Source of the DNA: an uncultured delta proteobacterium | Lineage (GTDB): Bacteria > Myxococcota_A > Polyangia > Polyangiales > Houyiibacteriaceae | Reading direction: 5' to 3' | Assembly (NCBI GenBank): GCA_963699755.1 | Contig: CAVOVB010000003.1 | Span: 544,001-608,000 of the forward strand | Length of the DNA: 64,000 nucleotides | In this document: positions 25,035 to 34,755 of the stretch, one piece after another | How the letters are laid out: each line of letters begins with the position of its first letter | Numbering within the stretch: position 1 is the first letter of the stretch | The notes under the pieces: model-generated | Seen by the model: the letters and a program-made list of their open reading frames with translations, nothing else | Database searches by the model: none | What the model was told of the DNA's origin: nothing | Translations under genes and position numbers: made by a program

Positions 25035-25775
25035 ATGCTTCAAGGAATTTACGACTTCATCAAGGGTATCTTCGAGCCGCTTGGCGATTACCTCATCGGT
25101 TCATCGGTCCCGGTAGCCTCGTCGTTCGCTGGGGACATCGACGCGCTCATTGCGCTCGTTGCCGTGTTCGTCGGCTTTTGGGCGCTTCTCGCCTACGCAG
25201 CGTTCTTCTTCTTGATCTTCCGCTTTCGGGCGCGAGAGGGGCATCGGGCGCAATACGTCACGGGGGAAGAGAAGGATCTCAAGCGATGGATCACCTATCC
25301 GCACGCAGCGATCATCCTTTGTGATCTGGTCATCGTCTTCATGGCGATCATGGTCTGGTACAATATCAAGCAGCGCCTGCCCGAGGCCGACAGCACCGTT
25401 CGAATCGTCGCGCAGCAATGGGCATGGAACTTCGTCCATCCCGGGCCTGACAACGAGCTCGACACCGATGACGACATCAATACTTTCAACGAGATGCATG
25501 TCCAAGAGGGCACGACCTATCACTACGAGCTCGTTTCCAAGGATGTCCTCCACGATTTCTCGGTGCCTGTGTTCCGTTTGAAGCAGGACGCTATCCCGGG
25601 CCGGGTCATGAAGGGCTGGTTCAAACCCACCCAGGCCGGCGAGTACGACATTCAGTGCGCCGAGATGTGTGGAATCGGGCACGGCATCATGGGCGCACGA
25701 ATCGTGGTCGAGACCCCTGAAGAACATGCGGCTTGGATGTCGCAGGGCAGCGCGGGCAAGCTTGCTTCCCGCTGA
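25035..25775 (+). CDS. coxB: Cytochrome c oxidase subunit II (CuA), without fused cytochrome c
   Basis: Two TMs, AQQWAWNF, DVLH, CAEMCGIGHGIM. Confidence 0.94.
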   Translation: MLQGIYDFIKGIFEPLGDYLIGSSVPVASSFAGDIDALIALVAVFVGFWALLAYAAFFFLIFRFRAREGHRAQYVTGEEKDLKRWITYPHAAIILCDLVIVFMAIMVWYNIKQRLPEADSTVRIVAQQWAWNFVHPGPDNELDTDDDINTFNEMHVQEGTTYHYELVSKDVLHDFSVPVFRLKQDAIPGRVMKGWFKPTQAGEYDIQCAEMCGIGHGIMGARIVVETPEEHAAWMSQGSAGKLASR

Positions 25776-25786
25776 ATGGAAAAGTC

Positions 25787-27517
25787 ATGGCTGAAGCAGG
25801 CACGATAGACACGCACGGCGCGCACGCGCACGACGCAGACCACGGGCACCACGAGCAGAGTTTCTTGAGCAAGTACATCTTCTCGACCGATCACAAGATC
25901 ATCGCGATGCAGTACATGTTCACCGGAATCGTCATGGCGCTGATAGGCGGGTACATGTCGTACGCGTTCCGCATGCAGTTGGCATTCCCAGGTGAAAGTG
26001 TCCCCGGCTACGGCGTCGTCTCACAGGGCGAGTACAACGCCTTGGTCACCAATCACGGGACGATCATGATTTTCTGGGTCGCCATGCCCATGCTGATCGC
26101 AGCCTTTGGCAACTACCTCATCCCGCTCATGATAGGCGCGGACGACATGGTGTTCCCGCGCATCAATCGCCTCTCGTATCAGATCTTCCTGATCAGCGCG
26201 ATCATTCTCATCGTTTCCTTTTTCGTTCCAGGTGGCGGCTTCGGCGGGGCCTGGACGTCCTATCCGCCGCTTTCGGCAAATGCGGAATACAACCTCACCC
26301 CGATGGGCGCGAGCCTGTGGCTCGTTGCCGTTGCGCTGGAGTTCGTGGCCTTCCTTCTCGGAGGCATCAATTTCATCACGACCCTCATGAATGCGCGCGC
26401 ACCCGGCATGAAGATGCACGACATCCCGATGGTACTGTGGATGATCGTCATCGCGAGCATCCTCTTCATGGCTTCGGTCGGTCCGCTCATTGCAGGAGCG
26501 GTCATGCTCTTCATGGATCAAGTGGTCGGCACCGGCTACTTCGACCCCGACCGTGGCGGCGATCCGGTTCTGTGGCAGCACCTCTTCTGGTTCTTCGGCC
26601 ACCCCGAGGTGTATGTCGTGCTCTTGCCGGCGATGGGGATCGTTGCCGAGATCATCTGCACCTTCGCCCGTAAGAAGCTCTTCAACTACAAGCTGATCCT
26701 CTACACCGCATTCGCGACCGGGATCATCAGCTTCTTCGTCTGGGCCCACCACCAGTTCGTCGCCGGGATCGACCCGCGCATGGCGAACATCTTCACCATC
26801 ACCACCCTGATCATCTCGATTCCCATCGCGGAGATGCTCTTCCTCTACATCGCCACGCTTTACGGCGGATCTATCCGTCTCACCACTCCGATGCTCTGGG
26901 CCTTGTCGTTCATCGCCGAATTCCTCATCGGTGGCATCACCGGCATCTTCCTGGGCGCGAGTGGCTCGGACATCTACTTCCACGACACGTATTTCGTGCT
27001 CGCTCACTTCCACTATACGTTCTTCCCGATCGCCATCATCGGGTTCTTCGCTGGAATAACCTACTGGTTCCCCAAGATGTTCGGACGAATGATGAACGAG
27101 ACGCTCGGCAAGATTCACTTTTGGGGCACGATCATCGCCTTCAACTTCATCTTCATCCCGCTCTTCATCCTGGGCGCCGCAGGTCAGCACAGGCGGATTT
27201 ACAACTTCCAGAACTTCCCCGACCTTGCGGGTATGCAGGACCTCAGGGTGATCGCGACGAGCGCCTTGCTCGTCATGCTCACCTTCCAGGTCATCTTCCT
27301 GTTCAACTTCGTGCACAGCCTCTTCAAGGGCAAGCCCGCCGGCAAAAATCCGTGGAAGGCCAACACGCTCGAGTGGACCGCGGACTCGCCGCCGCCGCAT
27401 GGCAACTGGCCCGAGCTCCCGAACTGCTACAGAGGCCCCTACGAGTACAGCGTGCCAGGCCGCGAAGAAGACTACTGGCCGCAGGACGTCCCACCGGACA
27501 CCGCCCCCGCCGAATGA
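25787..27517 (+). CDS. coxA: Cytochrome c oxidase subunit I, A1-type motif
   Basis: STDHK, HGTIMIF, WFFGHPEVY, WAHH, HDTYFVLAHFHY, RR. Confidence 0.97.
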   Translation: MAEAGTIDTHGAHAHDADHGHHEQSFLSKYIFSTDHKIIAMQYMFTGIVMALIGGYMSYAFRMQLAFPGESVPGYGVVSQGEYNALVTNHGTIMIFWVAMPMLIAAFGNYLIPLMIGADDMVFPRINRLSYQIFLISAIILIVSFFVPGGGFGGAWTSYPPLSANAEYNLTPMGASLWLVAVALEFVAFLLGGINFITTLMNARAPGMKMHDIPMVLWMIVIASILFMASVGPLIAGAVMLFMDQVVGTGYFDPDRGGDPVLWQHLFWFFGHPEVYVVLLPAMGIVAEIICTFARKKLFNYKLILYTAFATGIISFFVWAHHQFVAGIDPRMANIFTITTLIISIPIAEMLFLYIATLYGGSIRLTTPMLWALSFIAEFLIGGITGIFLGASGSDIYFHDTYFVLAHFHYTFFPIAIIGFFAGITYWFPKMFGRMMNETLGKIHFWGTIIAFNFIFIPLFILGAAGQHRRIYNFQNFPDLAGMQDLRVIATSALLVMLTFQVIFLFNFVHSLFKGKPAGKNPWKANTLEWTADSPPPHGNWPELPNCYRGPYEYSVPGREEDYWPQDVPPDTAPAE

Positions 27518-27527
27518 CGAGGCCGCG

Positions 27528-28106
27528 ATGAGCATGACGAGACCCATAGCAACGACCAGAACCGCCACGGGCATTCCAACGGGCAAGCTCGCCGTTTGGT
27601 GGGTCATCGGCTCGGAGATCGTGATTTTCGGAGGCTTGCTCGCCTCCTATGTCATGCATCGGCTGGGTCACCCCGAGTGGGCCGAATACGCATCCCACAC
27701 GAACACTTGGTTTGGCGGCGCCAACACCTTCGTGCTGCTGACCTCATCGCTCTTTGCCGTGCTCGCGCACCATGCTGCCGTGCATGGGGACGGAAAGACT
27801 GCGGCCAAGTGGCTCCTCGGGACCTGCGCGGGGGGCTTGCTCTTCCTCTGCATCAAGGCGGTCGAGTGGACGGGCGAAATTCAGCACGGCTACACGATCA
27901 CGGCCAACGGCTTTTGGAGCTTCTACTACACTGCCGCTGGGCTTCACGCGCTCCACGTCATCGCGGGCTGCATCATCATGCTGATCATCGCGAAAGAAGC
28001 CTGGGCCGGCAAAGAGCTTCATCGTGTCGAGCTCATTGGCATCTACTGGCACTTCGTCGATATCGTGTGGATTTTCCTCTTCCCGCTGCTCTACATCGCC
28101 AAGTGA
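27528..28106 (+). CDS. coxC: Cytochrome c oxidase subunit III (short form)
   Basis: WWVIGSEIVIFGGL, NTFVLLTSS, GLHALHV, YWHFVDIVWIFLFPLLY. Confidence 0.92.
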   Translation: MSMTRPIATTRTATGIPTGKLAVWWVIGSEIVIFGGLLASYVMHRLGHPEWAEYASHTNTWFGGANTFVLLTSSLFAVLAHHAAVHGDGKTAAKWLLGTCAGGLLFLCIKAVEWTGEIQHGYTITANGFWSFYYTAAGLHALHVIAGCIIMLIIAKEAWAGKELHRVELIGIYWHFVDIVWIFLFPLLYIAK

Positions 28107-28118
28107 GGATGGACGATC

Positions 28119-28565
28119 ATGGCTGAACAGCAAGACCACGCACAAGACCACACAGGAGATCACAGCCAGGCCTTCTACTTGAAGATCTGGGGCATCTTGC
28201 TCGTGCTTCTCATCCTGAGCATTCTGGGGCCGATCGTTGCGCCGCACCTGGCGTTCGGTTTCCTAAAGGCATGGATGATTACTTTGATGACGGCGTTCGG
28301 AATCGCGGTCGTCAAGGCGTATCTCGTGGCCGCGAACTTCATGCACCTGAACATCGAGAAGAAATACATCTCGTACCTGCTTGCCACCATGTTGATGCTC
28401 ATGCTCCTGTTCTTTGCGGGCACCTCTCCCGACGTCATGAAGCACAAGGGCCAGAACTGGGAAAACGTCGCAGCGGAGACGGAAATCGAGCGAGCGCTCG
28501 AGGCCGAGGGCGCTGCGGCTGCACACGGCGAGCACGCCGGGGAACATCCAACGACCGAGCACTGA
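28119..28565 (+). CDS. Cytochrome c oxidase subunit IV family protein
   Basis: YLKIWGILLVL, IAVVKAYLVAANFMHL; three TMs. Confidence 0.85.
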   Translation: MAEQQDHAQDHTGDHSQAFYLKIWGILLVLLILSILGPIVAPHLAFGFLKAWMITLMTAFGIAVVKAYLVAANFMHLNIEKKYISYLLATMLMLMLLFFAGTSPDVMKHKGQNWENVAAETEIERALEAEGAAAAHGEHAGEHPTTEH

Positions 28566-28583
28566 TGAACCTAGGACTCGACC

Positions 28584-29174
28584 ATGCCTGATGACGCACT
28601 AGGGCGCCCGTACGGCGTGCCAACCAGGCGCGAGCCTGTCGTTCCAAATGGCGTGCTGGGAATGCTGATCTTCGTTGCGACGGAGATCATGTTCTTCTCT
28701 GGGCTGATCAGCGCTTTCGTCATCGGGAAGAGCAATGCAATCGGGGGCTGGCCGCCTCCGGGGCAGCCTCGTTTGCCTATCGAAGAGACTGCCCTCAACA
28801 CCGGGGCGCTCCTCGCGAGCGGCATCGCGCTCTATTTCGCCAACCGCGCGTTCAAGAACGACTCTCCGAGCACGAAGCGACTTCTCGCGCTCGCAATCGG
28901 CCTTGGGGGCTTCTTCGTGCTCTTTCAGGGTGCGGAATGGGTTGCGCTGATCGGCGAGGGGCTGACGATCACCTCCGGGCAGCTGGGCGGCTACTTTTAT
29001 CTGCTCGTCGGGACCCACGCGCTCCACGTGGTCGCAGGCTTCATCATCCTATTGTACACGTATCAGAAGCTCTCCCATCACGACCTCGATCGCTTCACCT
29101 TCTGGCCCGCGCAGATATTCTGGTACTTCGTGGTTGCGGTTTGGCCGATCCTCTACTGGGAGGTGTACCTTTGA
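28584..29174 (+). CDS. Second subunit III-like protein
   Basis: GMLIFVATEIMFFSGLIS, LNTGALLAS, QGAEW, GTHALHV, FWYFVV.VWP. Confidence 0.85.
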   Translation: MPDDALGRPYGVPTRREPVVPNGVLGMLIFVATEIMFFSGLISAFVIGKSNAIGGWPPPGQPRLPIEETALNTGALLASGIALYFANRAFKNDSPSTKRLLALAIGLGGFFVLFQGAEWVALIGEGLTITSGQLGGYFYLLVGTHALHVVAGFIILLYTYQKLSHHDLDRFTFWPAQIFWYFVVAVWPILYWEVYL

Positions 29175-29188
29175 TTCGTCTGGCTCGG

Positions 29189-29449
29189 ATGAGCGTTGCG
29201 CTCGCGACCGTGGCGGTCGCTTGGGCCGCCGACCTGGTCTATGCTTGTCCCTCCTGCGCCTCGCCGCTCGAGGAGAATCGGCAAGCGTTCGTCGATACGA
29301 CCATCTTCCTCACGGTGGTTCCGCTCACGATGATAGGCGGTTTCGTCTGGTGGCTTCGCCGCAAGATTCGCGATCAGGATGAGCCGCCCGAGATCGCCGT
29401 TCCTCACAACCTCCTGCGTGATGCCGGCCGGTTCTCGAAGGGACGCTGA
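29189..29449 (+). CDS. Small membrane protein with signal-peptide-like N-terminus and CxxC (ACPSC)
   Basis: Hydrophobic N-terminus, ACPSC, one further TM; last gene of the oxidase operon; alternative TTG start at 29171. Confidence 0.65.
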   Translation: MSVALATVAVAWAADLVYACPSCASPLEENRQAFVDTTIFLTVVPLTMIGGFVWWLRRKIRDQDEPPEIAVPHNLLRDAGRFSKGR

Positions 29450-29451
29450 GG

Positions 29452-30423
29452 CTACCAGAGCTGTTCCCAGACGGGCTGTCGGGCGTCGTAACGTTCGCCG
29501 CGAGATGCTTCACGCTCGGTGACCGCACGCGCAAAGGCTCGTGCCGCGAAGGCCAGCAGGATCCCGACCACAACGTCGATGAACCAGTGCCAGCGAAGGA
29601 ACATCGTTGCCATGATGATGTTCAGGGCCACGAAAGCCAGGATGGGCCAGAGCCAGCGGAAGGGTTGCATGTCCCGATGCGCGAACGCGTGTAAGGTGAA
29701 ATACGCGGGCCAAGCGGTGTGGAGCGAGGGAAAGATGTCGAGCTGCGCGCCGGCTGTGGCGACCGTGACCTCGACCTGCGTCCACCAAAACGCGCCCTGC
29801 AGTGGCTGGTCGAAGGGAATCGTCGCGTAAGGGCCGACGCCGGGCACGACCGTGTAGAGGAAGTGCCCCGCAGCGACGACGAGCATGCTGCCTGCCATCA
29901 ATTCCTGGAGCCTCCGGCCTTTGCCGAAGAACAGCGCCGGAATCAGCATCACGATCAGGATGAGGAAGTGGGTGTAGTAGAAGAAAGACAGCCACTCGAC
30001 GACCGGTCGGACGTTCCAGGCCTCCATCCAAAGCGCTGGGGTCGTTCCGAGGAGCCAGAGATCGATCGCGTAGAGACGATGGTCCATGAGATCGGGATGA
30101 AGAGCAGGGAGCAGGACGCGCATCTCGAAATAGGAAAGCACCATCGGCAGGAACAGCCCCAGGCGGTACGTCATGGCTCGCGCGCGCTGGTTGCGGATGA
30201 CCTCGCCGCGGCTGAGCACCAGAGCGCAGGCCGTGATCACCAGCAGGGCGAGGGCAAGGCGGCGAGCTACGGTTGCGTCCTGACCGTCGGGGGAAACCGA
30301 CACGCGCAAGAAGAGATACGCGTGAAACGCCAGGGCGACCACGTCCTGCACTGCGAGATTTTGCGCGGCGACCCCGATGGTCGTTCGTGCTCGCTCTGCG
30401 GCGCTGCGAGTGAGTTCCAGCAT
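29452..30423 (-). CDS. PAP2-family phosphatase/phosphotransferase (Aur1/IPC synthase-like)
   Basis: Multi-TM; VPGVGP, FPSLHTA and RWHWFIDV motifs. Confidence 0.8.
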   Translation of the reverse strand: MLELTRSAAERARTTIGVAAQNLAVQDVVALAFHAYLFLRVSVSPDGQDATVARRLALALLVITACALVLSRGEVIRNQRARAMTYRLGLFLPMVLSYFEMRVLLPALHPDLMDHRLYAIDLWLLGTTPALWMEAWNVRPVVEWLSFFYYTHFLILIVMLIPALFFGKGRRLQELMAGSMLVVAAGHFLYTVVPGVGPYATIPFDQPLQGAFWWTQVEVTVATAGAQLDIFPSLHTAWPAYFTLHAFAHRDMQPFRWLWPILAFVALNIIMATMFLRWHWFIDVVVGILLAFAARAFARAVTEREASRGERYDARQPVWEQLW

Positions 30424-30566
30424 GCGATTCTCGGTGGAAGCAAGTGTGTCGAGGCTCGAATCGCAACGCAAGCCTCTGCCCAATGGAAGCACCGCTTGGT
30501 TTAGCCCTAAAGGCGTATGAACTTGGGTAGCGGACGGAAGGGGCAAGGTGGGGTACAACGCGCAGC

Positions 30567-31211
30567 ATGGAAGCGGCAACGGCCAGGCGCCCGTCCATTC
30601 GCGAGGACGCGATCAATCTACCGAACTTGCTGACGATGCTCCGGATCGCTCTCATCCCCGGGGTCCTATGGCTGCTCTGGGACGGCACGCCCAAGGCAAA
30701 CTTCTGGGCCGCGATGCTTTACATCGGCACCGCGCTCACGGATCTCATCGACGGCTACTTGGCGCGTAGGTGGGGCCAGATCAGCGTGCTCGGCAAGTTC
30801 CTGGACCCGCTGGCGGACAAGCTCCTCGTGATGGCGACCTTGATCTTCCTGACCTACCTCGGCCGAATGCCCTTCCTTGGAGTCGTCGCCGTGATCATCA
30901 TGCTCGCTCGAGAGCTCGCCGTGACGGCACTGCGCACGATCGCGATGAGCGAGGGCGTCGTGATGGCGGCGATGCGAACCGGCAAAGACAAGACGGCGTT
31001 GCAGATGGTCGCGATCTTGATGCTGATCGTGCACCAGCGCTATACGATCTATTTTGGCTTCTACCAGACCGAGTTCGACTTCGCGCAGGTTGGTTTGGTG
31101 CTCTTGTATTTCAGCCTTGCCTTGGCTCTTCTGAGCGGGGGCGAATACTTCAAGCTCTTCGTCGATGCGGTCGACGCCAAGGAAGAGCGACTGACGCAAG
31201 CAGCATCGTGA
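30567..31211 (+). CDS. pgsA: CDP-diacylglycerol--glycerol-3-phosphate 3-phosphatidyltransferase
   Basis: NLPNLLTMLRI, DLIDGYLARR...GKFLDPLADK, RELAVTALR, GKDKTALQM. Confidence 0.9.
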   Translation: MEAATARRPSIREDAINLPNLLTMLRIALIPGVLWLLWDGTPKANFWAAMLYIGTALTDLIDGYLARRWGQISVLGKFLDPLADKLLVMATLIFLTYLGRMPFLGVVAVIIMLARELAVTALRTIAMSEGVVMAAMRTGKDKTALQMVAILMLIVHQRYTIYFGFYQTEFDFAQVGLVLLYFSLALALLSGGEYFKLFVDAVDAKEERLTQAAS

Positions 31212-31216
31212 CCAGG

Positions 31217-31990
31217 ATGAAGGGAACGGCGTCGCTCGAGACTCGCAGGTCGCGTCAGATTCTCGGACGGGTGTTTCGCGGAACAGGACTGCAGGACGCA
31301 TTTCGCAGGCTGGTGGACGAGCACGCGCTTCGGACCGCTTGGGTCAGCGCAATCGGCGCGTTCGAGTGGGTCGAGCTCATCGAGTACGACCAAGCGGAGC
31401 AGCGCTACGTCGAAGCCCATCGATTCGAGCGCTGTGAGTTGCTCTCGCTGCAAGGCAATCTCTCCGAGCGCGACGGCGACCCGTTTTGGCACCTGCATGC
31501 GATCGTGTCTCTCCGAGAAGATGGGCGCGACGTCACCTATGGCGGGCATCTGGTCGACGGGGTGGTGTTCGCGTTGGAGTTCCGGATCGATTGTTATGAT
31601 GAGGTCGAGCTGCGCCGAGCGAATGACGAGGCGACCGGCCTGCAGCTCTGGGCCAACCTGGAAGCGCCGCAGGCGGAGCAGACCGGTGTGCACGATGTTC
31701 CCCTCGGCGAAGCTCGTGGTCCAAGCGCCAGTTGGGCGATGGCTGCCGAGCTGTCCGCTCGGGCGAGTCCGGTCGAAACCGCAGACCACCGGCCGCAAAA
31801 GGGCGATTGGCTCGAACATCCGAAGTTTGGGCTGTGTCAAATCGAAGGCCTCAGTGGCGATGGCGTTTGCTTCATCAAGCTCCCCGACGCGCGCCGAAAG
31901 AAGATCAAGATAGACGCCTTGCAGCTGCTCGCGCCCAGGGACGACGACGGGAAAAAAATCTTCCCAGTACGGCCCCGAGGCAAGCAGTAA
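31217..31990 (+). CDS. DUF296/PPC domain protein with C-terminal extension
   Basis: AWVSAIGA, ELLSLQGNLS, HLHAIVS, YGGHL. Confidence 0.8.
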   Translation: MKGTASLETRRSRQILGRVFRGTGLQDAFRRLVDEHALRTAWVSAIGAFEWVELIEYDQAEQRYVEAHRFERCELLSLQGNLSERDGDPFWHLHAIVSLREDGRDVTYGGHLVDGVVFALEFRIDCYDEVELRRANDEATGLQLWANLEAPQAEQTGVHDVPLGEARGPSASWAMAAELSARASPVETADHRPQKGDWLEHPKFGLCQIEGLSGDGVCFIKLPDARRKKIKIDALQLLAPRDDDGKKIFPVRPRGKQ

Positions 31991-32026
31991 TCCGTCCCCG
32001 AAGCCACCGGCGGCAGCGAACCGCAG

Positions 32027-33025
32027 CTAGCCGAGGCGGATGCGGGGGTCGAGTGAGGCTACTGCAATGTCCGCCAAGAGATTGCCGACCTGGACCGCGA
32101 TGCCGAACATCAAGACGACCGCCATGATCACCGGCGCGTCGAGCGACTCGATCGCCTCGATCGTGAGAAGCCCGAGACCCGGCCAGGCGAAGATCTTTTC
32201 GGTGATGATCGCGCCGCCAACCAGGAACGGGAGGCTCAAGCCGATCAGGGTTGCGATGGGAAGCAGGGCGTTACGAATGGCGTGCTTGATGATCACCTGG
32301 CGCAGCGGCATGCCCTTGGCTTTGGCTGTGCGCACGTGGTCGTGCCGCAGGGTCTCGATGAGCTCGCCGCGCATGACGCGCGCATAGGTCGCCGCGCCCG
32401 CAATCGCGAGAACCAGGGCGGGCAGTAGGGCGTGATAAATGTGATCCACGGGATCGACGCCGTAGCCCCCGAAAGGGAACCAACCCAATAGGAACGCGAA
32501 GAGTAGGAGCGCGATCGGGCCGGTGACGTAGGTGGGCAAGCTAATACCGACGAAGGTCGCAAACATAATCGCGGTATCAGACCAGCGGTTGCGTCGAAGG
32601 GCTGCAAAGATCCCCGCGCTGAGCCCGATAAACAGCTCGAACAATACCGCGAGCGAAGCGAGAAGCAGCGTGCGTGGAAGACGATGGCCGATGACTCGGG
32701 CCACCGATTCGTGGTGCGAGTACGATTCGCCGAGATCTCCTTGAAGGATGCCGCAGAAGCCGGGCGAGCCGTCCTCGCGATCGTACTTCGGCGAGTCCTT
32801 GCGGATACAGGGCATCAGGCCGAGGTAGCTCATGAACTGCTCGGGGACCGGCCGGTCGAGGCCCTTTTTGGCTTTGAAGTCCGCGATTTGCTCGGCTCGG
32901 GCCTGGGGTCCTAGGATGGTCACCGCTGGATCGCCCGCCACGAAGATCAAAAAGAAGACCAGGGTCACGACCGACATGATCACCAGCACGCCCCAGATGG
33001 CACGTTGCGCGACGAAACGCATCAT
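32027..33025 (-). CDS. Peptide/nickel ABC transporter permease (OppB/DppB-like)
   Basis: GDLGES, RLPRTL, RTAKAKG...IKHAIRNALLP, ITEKIFAWPGLG. Confidence 0.92.
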   Translation of the reverse strand: MMRFVAQRAIWGVLVIMSVVTLVFFLIFVAGDPAVTILGPQARAEQIADFKAKKGLDRPVPEQFMSYLGLMPCIRKDSPKYDREDGSPGFCGILQGDLGESYSHHESVARVIGHRLPRTLLLASLAVLFELFIGLSAGIFAALRRNRWSDTAIMFATFVGISLPTYVTGPIALLLFAFLLGWFPFGGYGVDPVDHIYHALLPALVLAIAGAATYARVMRGELIETLRHDHVRTAKAKGMPLRQVIIKHAIRNALLPIATLIGLSLPFLVGGAIITEKIFAWPGLGLLTIEAIESLDAPVIMAVVLMFGIAVQVGNLLADIAVASLDPRIRLG

Positions 33026-34755
33026 GGCGCGGCCTCGTCTTGGTAGATCGCTTGACTGACGCGCTTCCTTGGCAGGTCTAGCCATACGTTTCGATATTCG
33101 TTGAGCCAGACCGGGTGAGGGCGGAAGCCCTTTACGTACGGTTGCCAGGCAAACATGTCGACCGGGTAATAGAGGAAGGCCCAGGGTGCGTCTCGGGCGA
33201 GGATCGCATTGGCTTTGGCGTAGAGCGCGAGCCTCAGCTCGCGGTCGACTTCGGCCCGCGCGCGGTCGAGGATCGCATCGAGCTCGTTGTTTCGGTAGAA
33301 GGATCGGTTCTCGGAGTTCTCTGGATGGATCGAACGGCTATGGAAGAGGATATCCATGAAGTTCGATGGGTCCGGGAAGTCTTGATGCCAGCCGGTGAAG
33401 GCGGCCTGGGCGACACGCGGCCTGCCGGTCTCCTTCAGATAAGTCGCGAACGAGACCATCTTCAAGTCCATCTCGATGCCGATGGCTTTGAGGTCTTGCT
33501 GAAAGAGCTGCGCGACCTGGACCTCGCCTTCTCCGCGCACCCAGAGGGTCACCGGCTGAGCTGGGCCGTCGGGGAGACCTGCCAAGCGCATTTGCTCCTT
33601 GGCTCGCTCGAGATCGAAGGTCTGCTTCTCTGGAAGCTCAGCATCGTACGGGGCGAGCATCGGTGGCAGGACCTGGCCAGCTGCGATGACTTGACCCGGG
33701 TCGAGCCGCTCTAGCTTCGAGCGGTCGATTGCGAAAGCGACGGCGCGTCGCACATGCACGTTGTCGAAGGGAGGTAGCTCGCAGTTTAGGCCCAGCGCGA
33801 AGACTGCAGCGCTCGGTGCCTCCGCTCGATAAGGCGCCCAGGGCTCCGATGCCCGGAGGAATAGCCGGTTCACTTTGCTCGGCCGGTAGATGATGTCGAG
33901 GTCACCATTGCGAAAGCGGGCGCTCGCCACGTCGGCTGAGATGTTTTCGAGAAAGATCATCCGATCGGGGCGCGCTTGGGGCGCCCAATATTGTTCGAAG
34001 CGTTCGAGGTCGACTTGAACGCCGCGCTCCCAGCCCGAGAACGCGAAGGGGCCCGCGCCGACCGGGTGACGTCCCACCGCATCGCGACCTTCGGCTTCTT
34101 CGAGCTTCTCGACATGTTCCTTGGCGAGCGGGTACGCAAAAGGCATGGCGAGCGCGTTTAGGAAAGTCTGGTCGGCTTCATCGAGACGAAACTCGATCGT
34201 TTTGTCATCGATCACGACGATCCCTTCGATGCGCTCGACTTCACCCTTGTGGTAGGCAGGCGCGCCGACGATCGATTTGTAGAACGGGTAGCCCGGTGAG
34301 CCGATCGCCTTGGAGAGCAATCGGTGCAGCGACCAAGAGATGTCATCGGCGAGGATTTCCCTGCCGTTGTGAAACTTGATGCCGTCGCGAAGCCTGAAAC
34401 GAAAGACTCGGCCCGCATTTGAGATCGCGGGCAGGTCAGCGGCGAGGCTCGGAATCATGTTCCCATCGTAGTCATAGTCGAGCAGGCCGTCGTAGAGCAA
34501 CCGGCACGCTGCGGTCGAAAGCGTGTCGTATGCGAAGTGTGGATCAAGGGTGTGAATGTTGCTGCCGGCTGAAAAGATCAGGGTTCCACCGGGCTGTGGC
34601 GTCTGGTGCCCGGCGCCGACGTAGCGTGGGCCGAGCGGGGCCTTTGGGAACCGCGCGACGACCCAGGCGATCAGGAGGATGGTGATAAGGAGCAGCATCG
34701 CGCCTCCGATCGAGCGCTGAGGGCTTCGCGGCTTAGTCCTTGGGATCGAACGCAT
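33022..34755 (-). CDS. Peptide ABC transporter substrate-binding protein, family 5 (start approximate)
   Basis: TLDP, LYDGLL, FRLRDGIKFHNG, PVGAGPF, PFDNVHVRRAV, GWHQDFPDP. Confidence 0.9.
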   Translation of the reverse strand: MRSIPRTKPRSPQRSIGGAMLLLITILLIAWVVARFPKAPLGPRYVGAGHQTPQPGGTLIFSAGSNIHTLDPHFAYDTLSTAACRLLYDGLLDYDYDGNMIPSLAADLPAISNAGRVFRFRLRDGIKFHNGREILADDISWSLHRLLSKAIGSPGYPFYKSIVGAPAYHKGEVERIEGIVVIDDKTIEFRLDEADQTFLNALAMPFAYPLAKEHVEKLEEAEGRDAVGRHPVGAGPFAFSGWERGVQVDLERFEQYWAPQARPDRMIFLENISADVASARFRNGDLDIIYRPSKVNRLFLRASEPWAPYRAEAPSAAVFALGLNCELPPFDNVHVRRAVAFAIDRSKLERLDPGQVIAAGQVLPPMLAPYDAELPEKQTFDLERAKEQMRLAGLPDGPAQPVTLWVRGEGEVQVAQLFQQDLKAIGIEMDLKMVSFATYLKETGRPRVAQAAFTGWHQDFPDPSNFMDILFHSRSIHPENSENRSFYRNNELDAILDRARAEVDRELRLALYAKANAILARDAPWAFLYYPVDMFAWQPYVKGFRPHPVWLNEYRNVWLDLPRKRVSQAIYQDEAAP

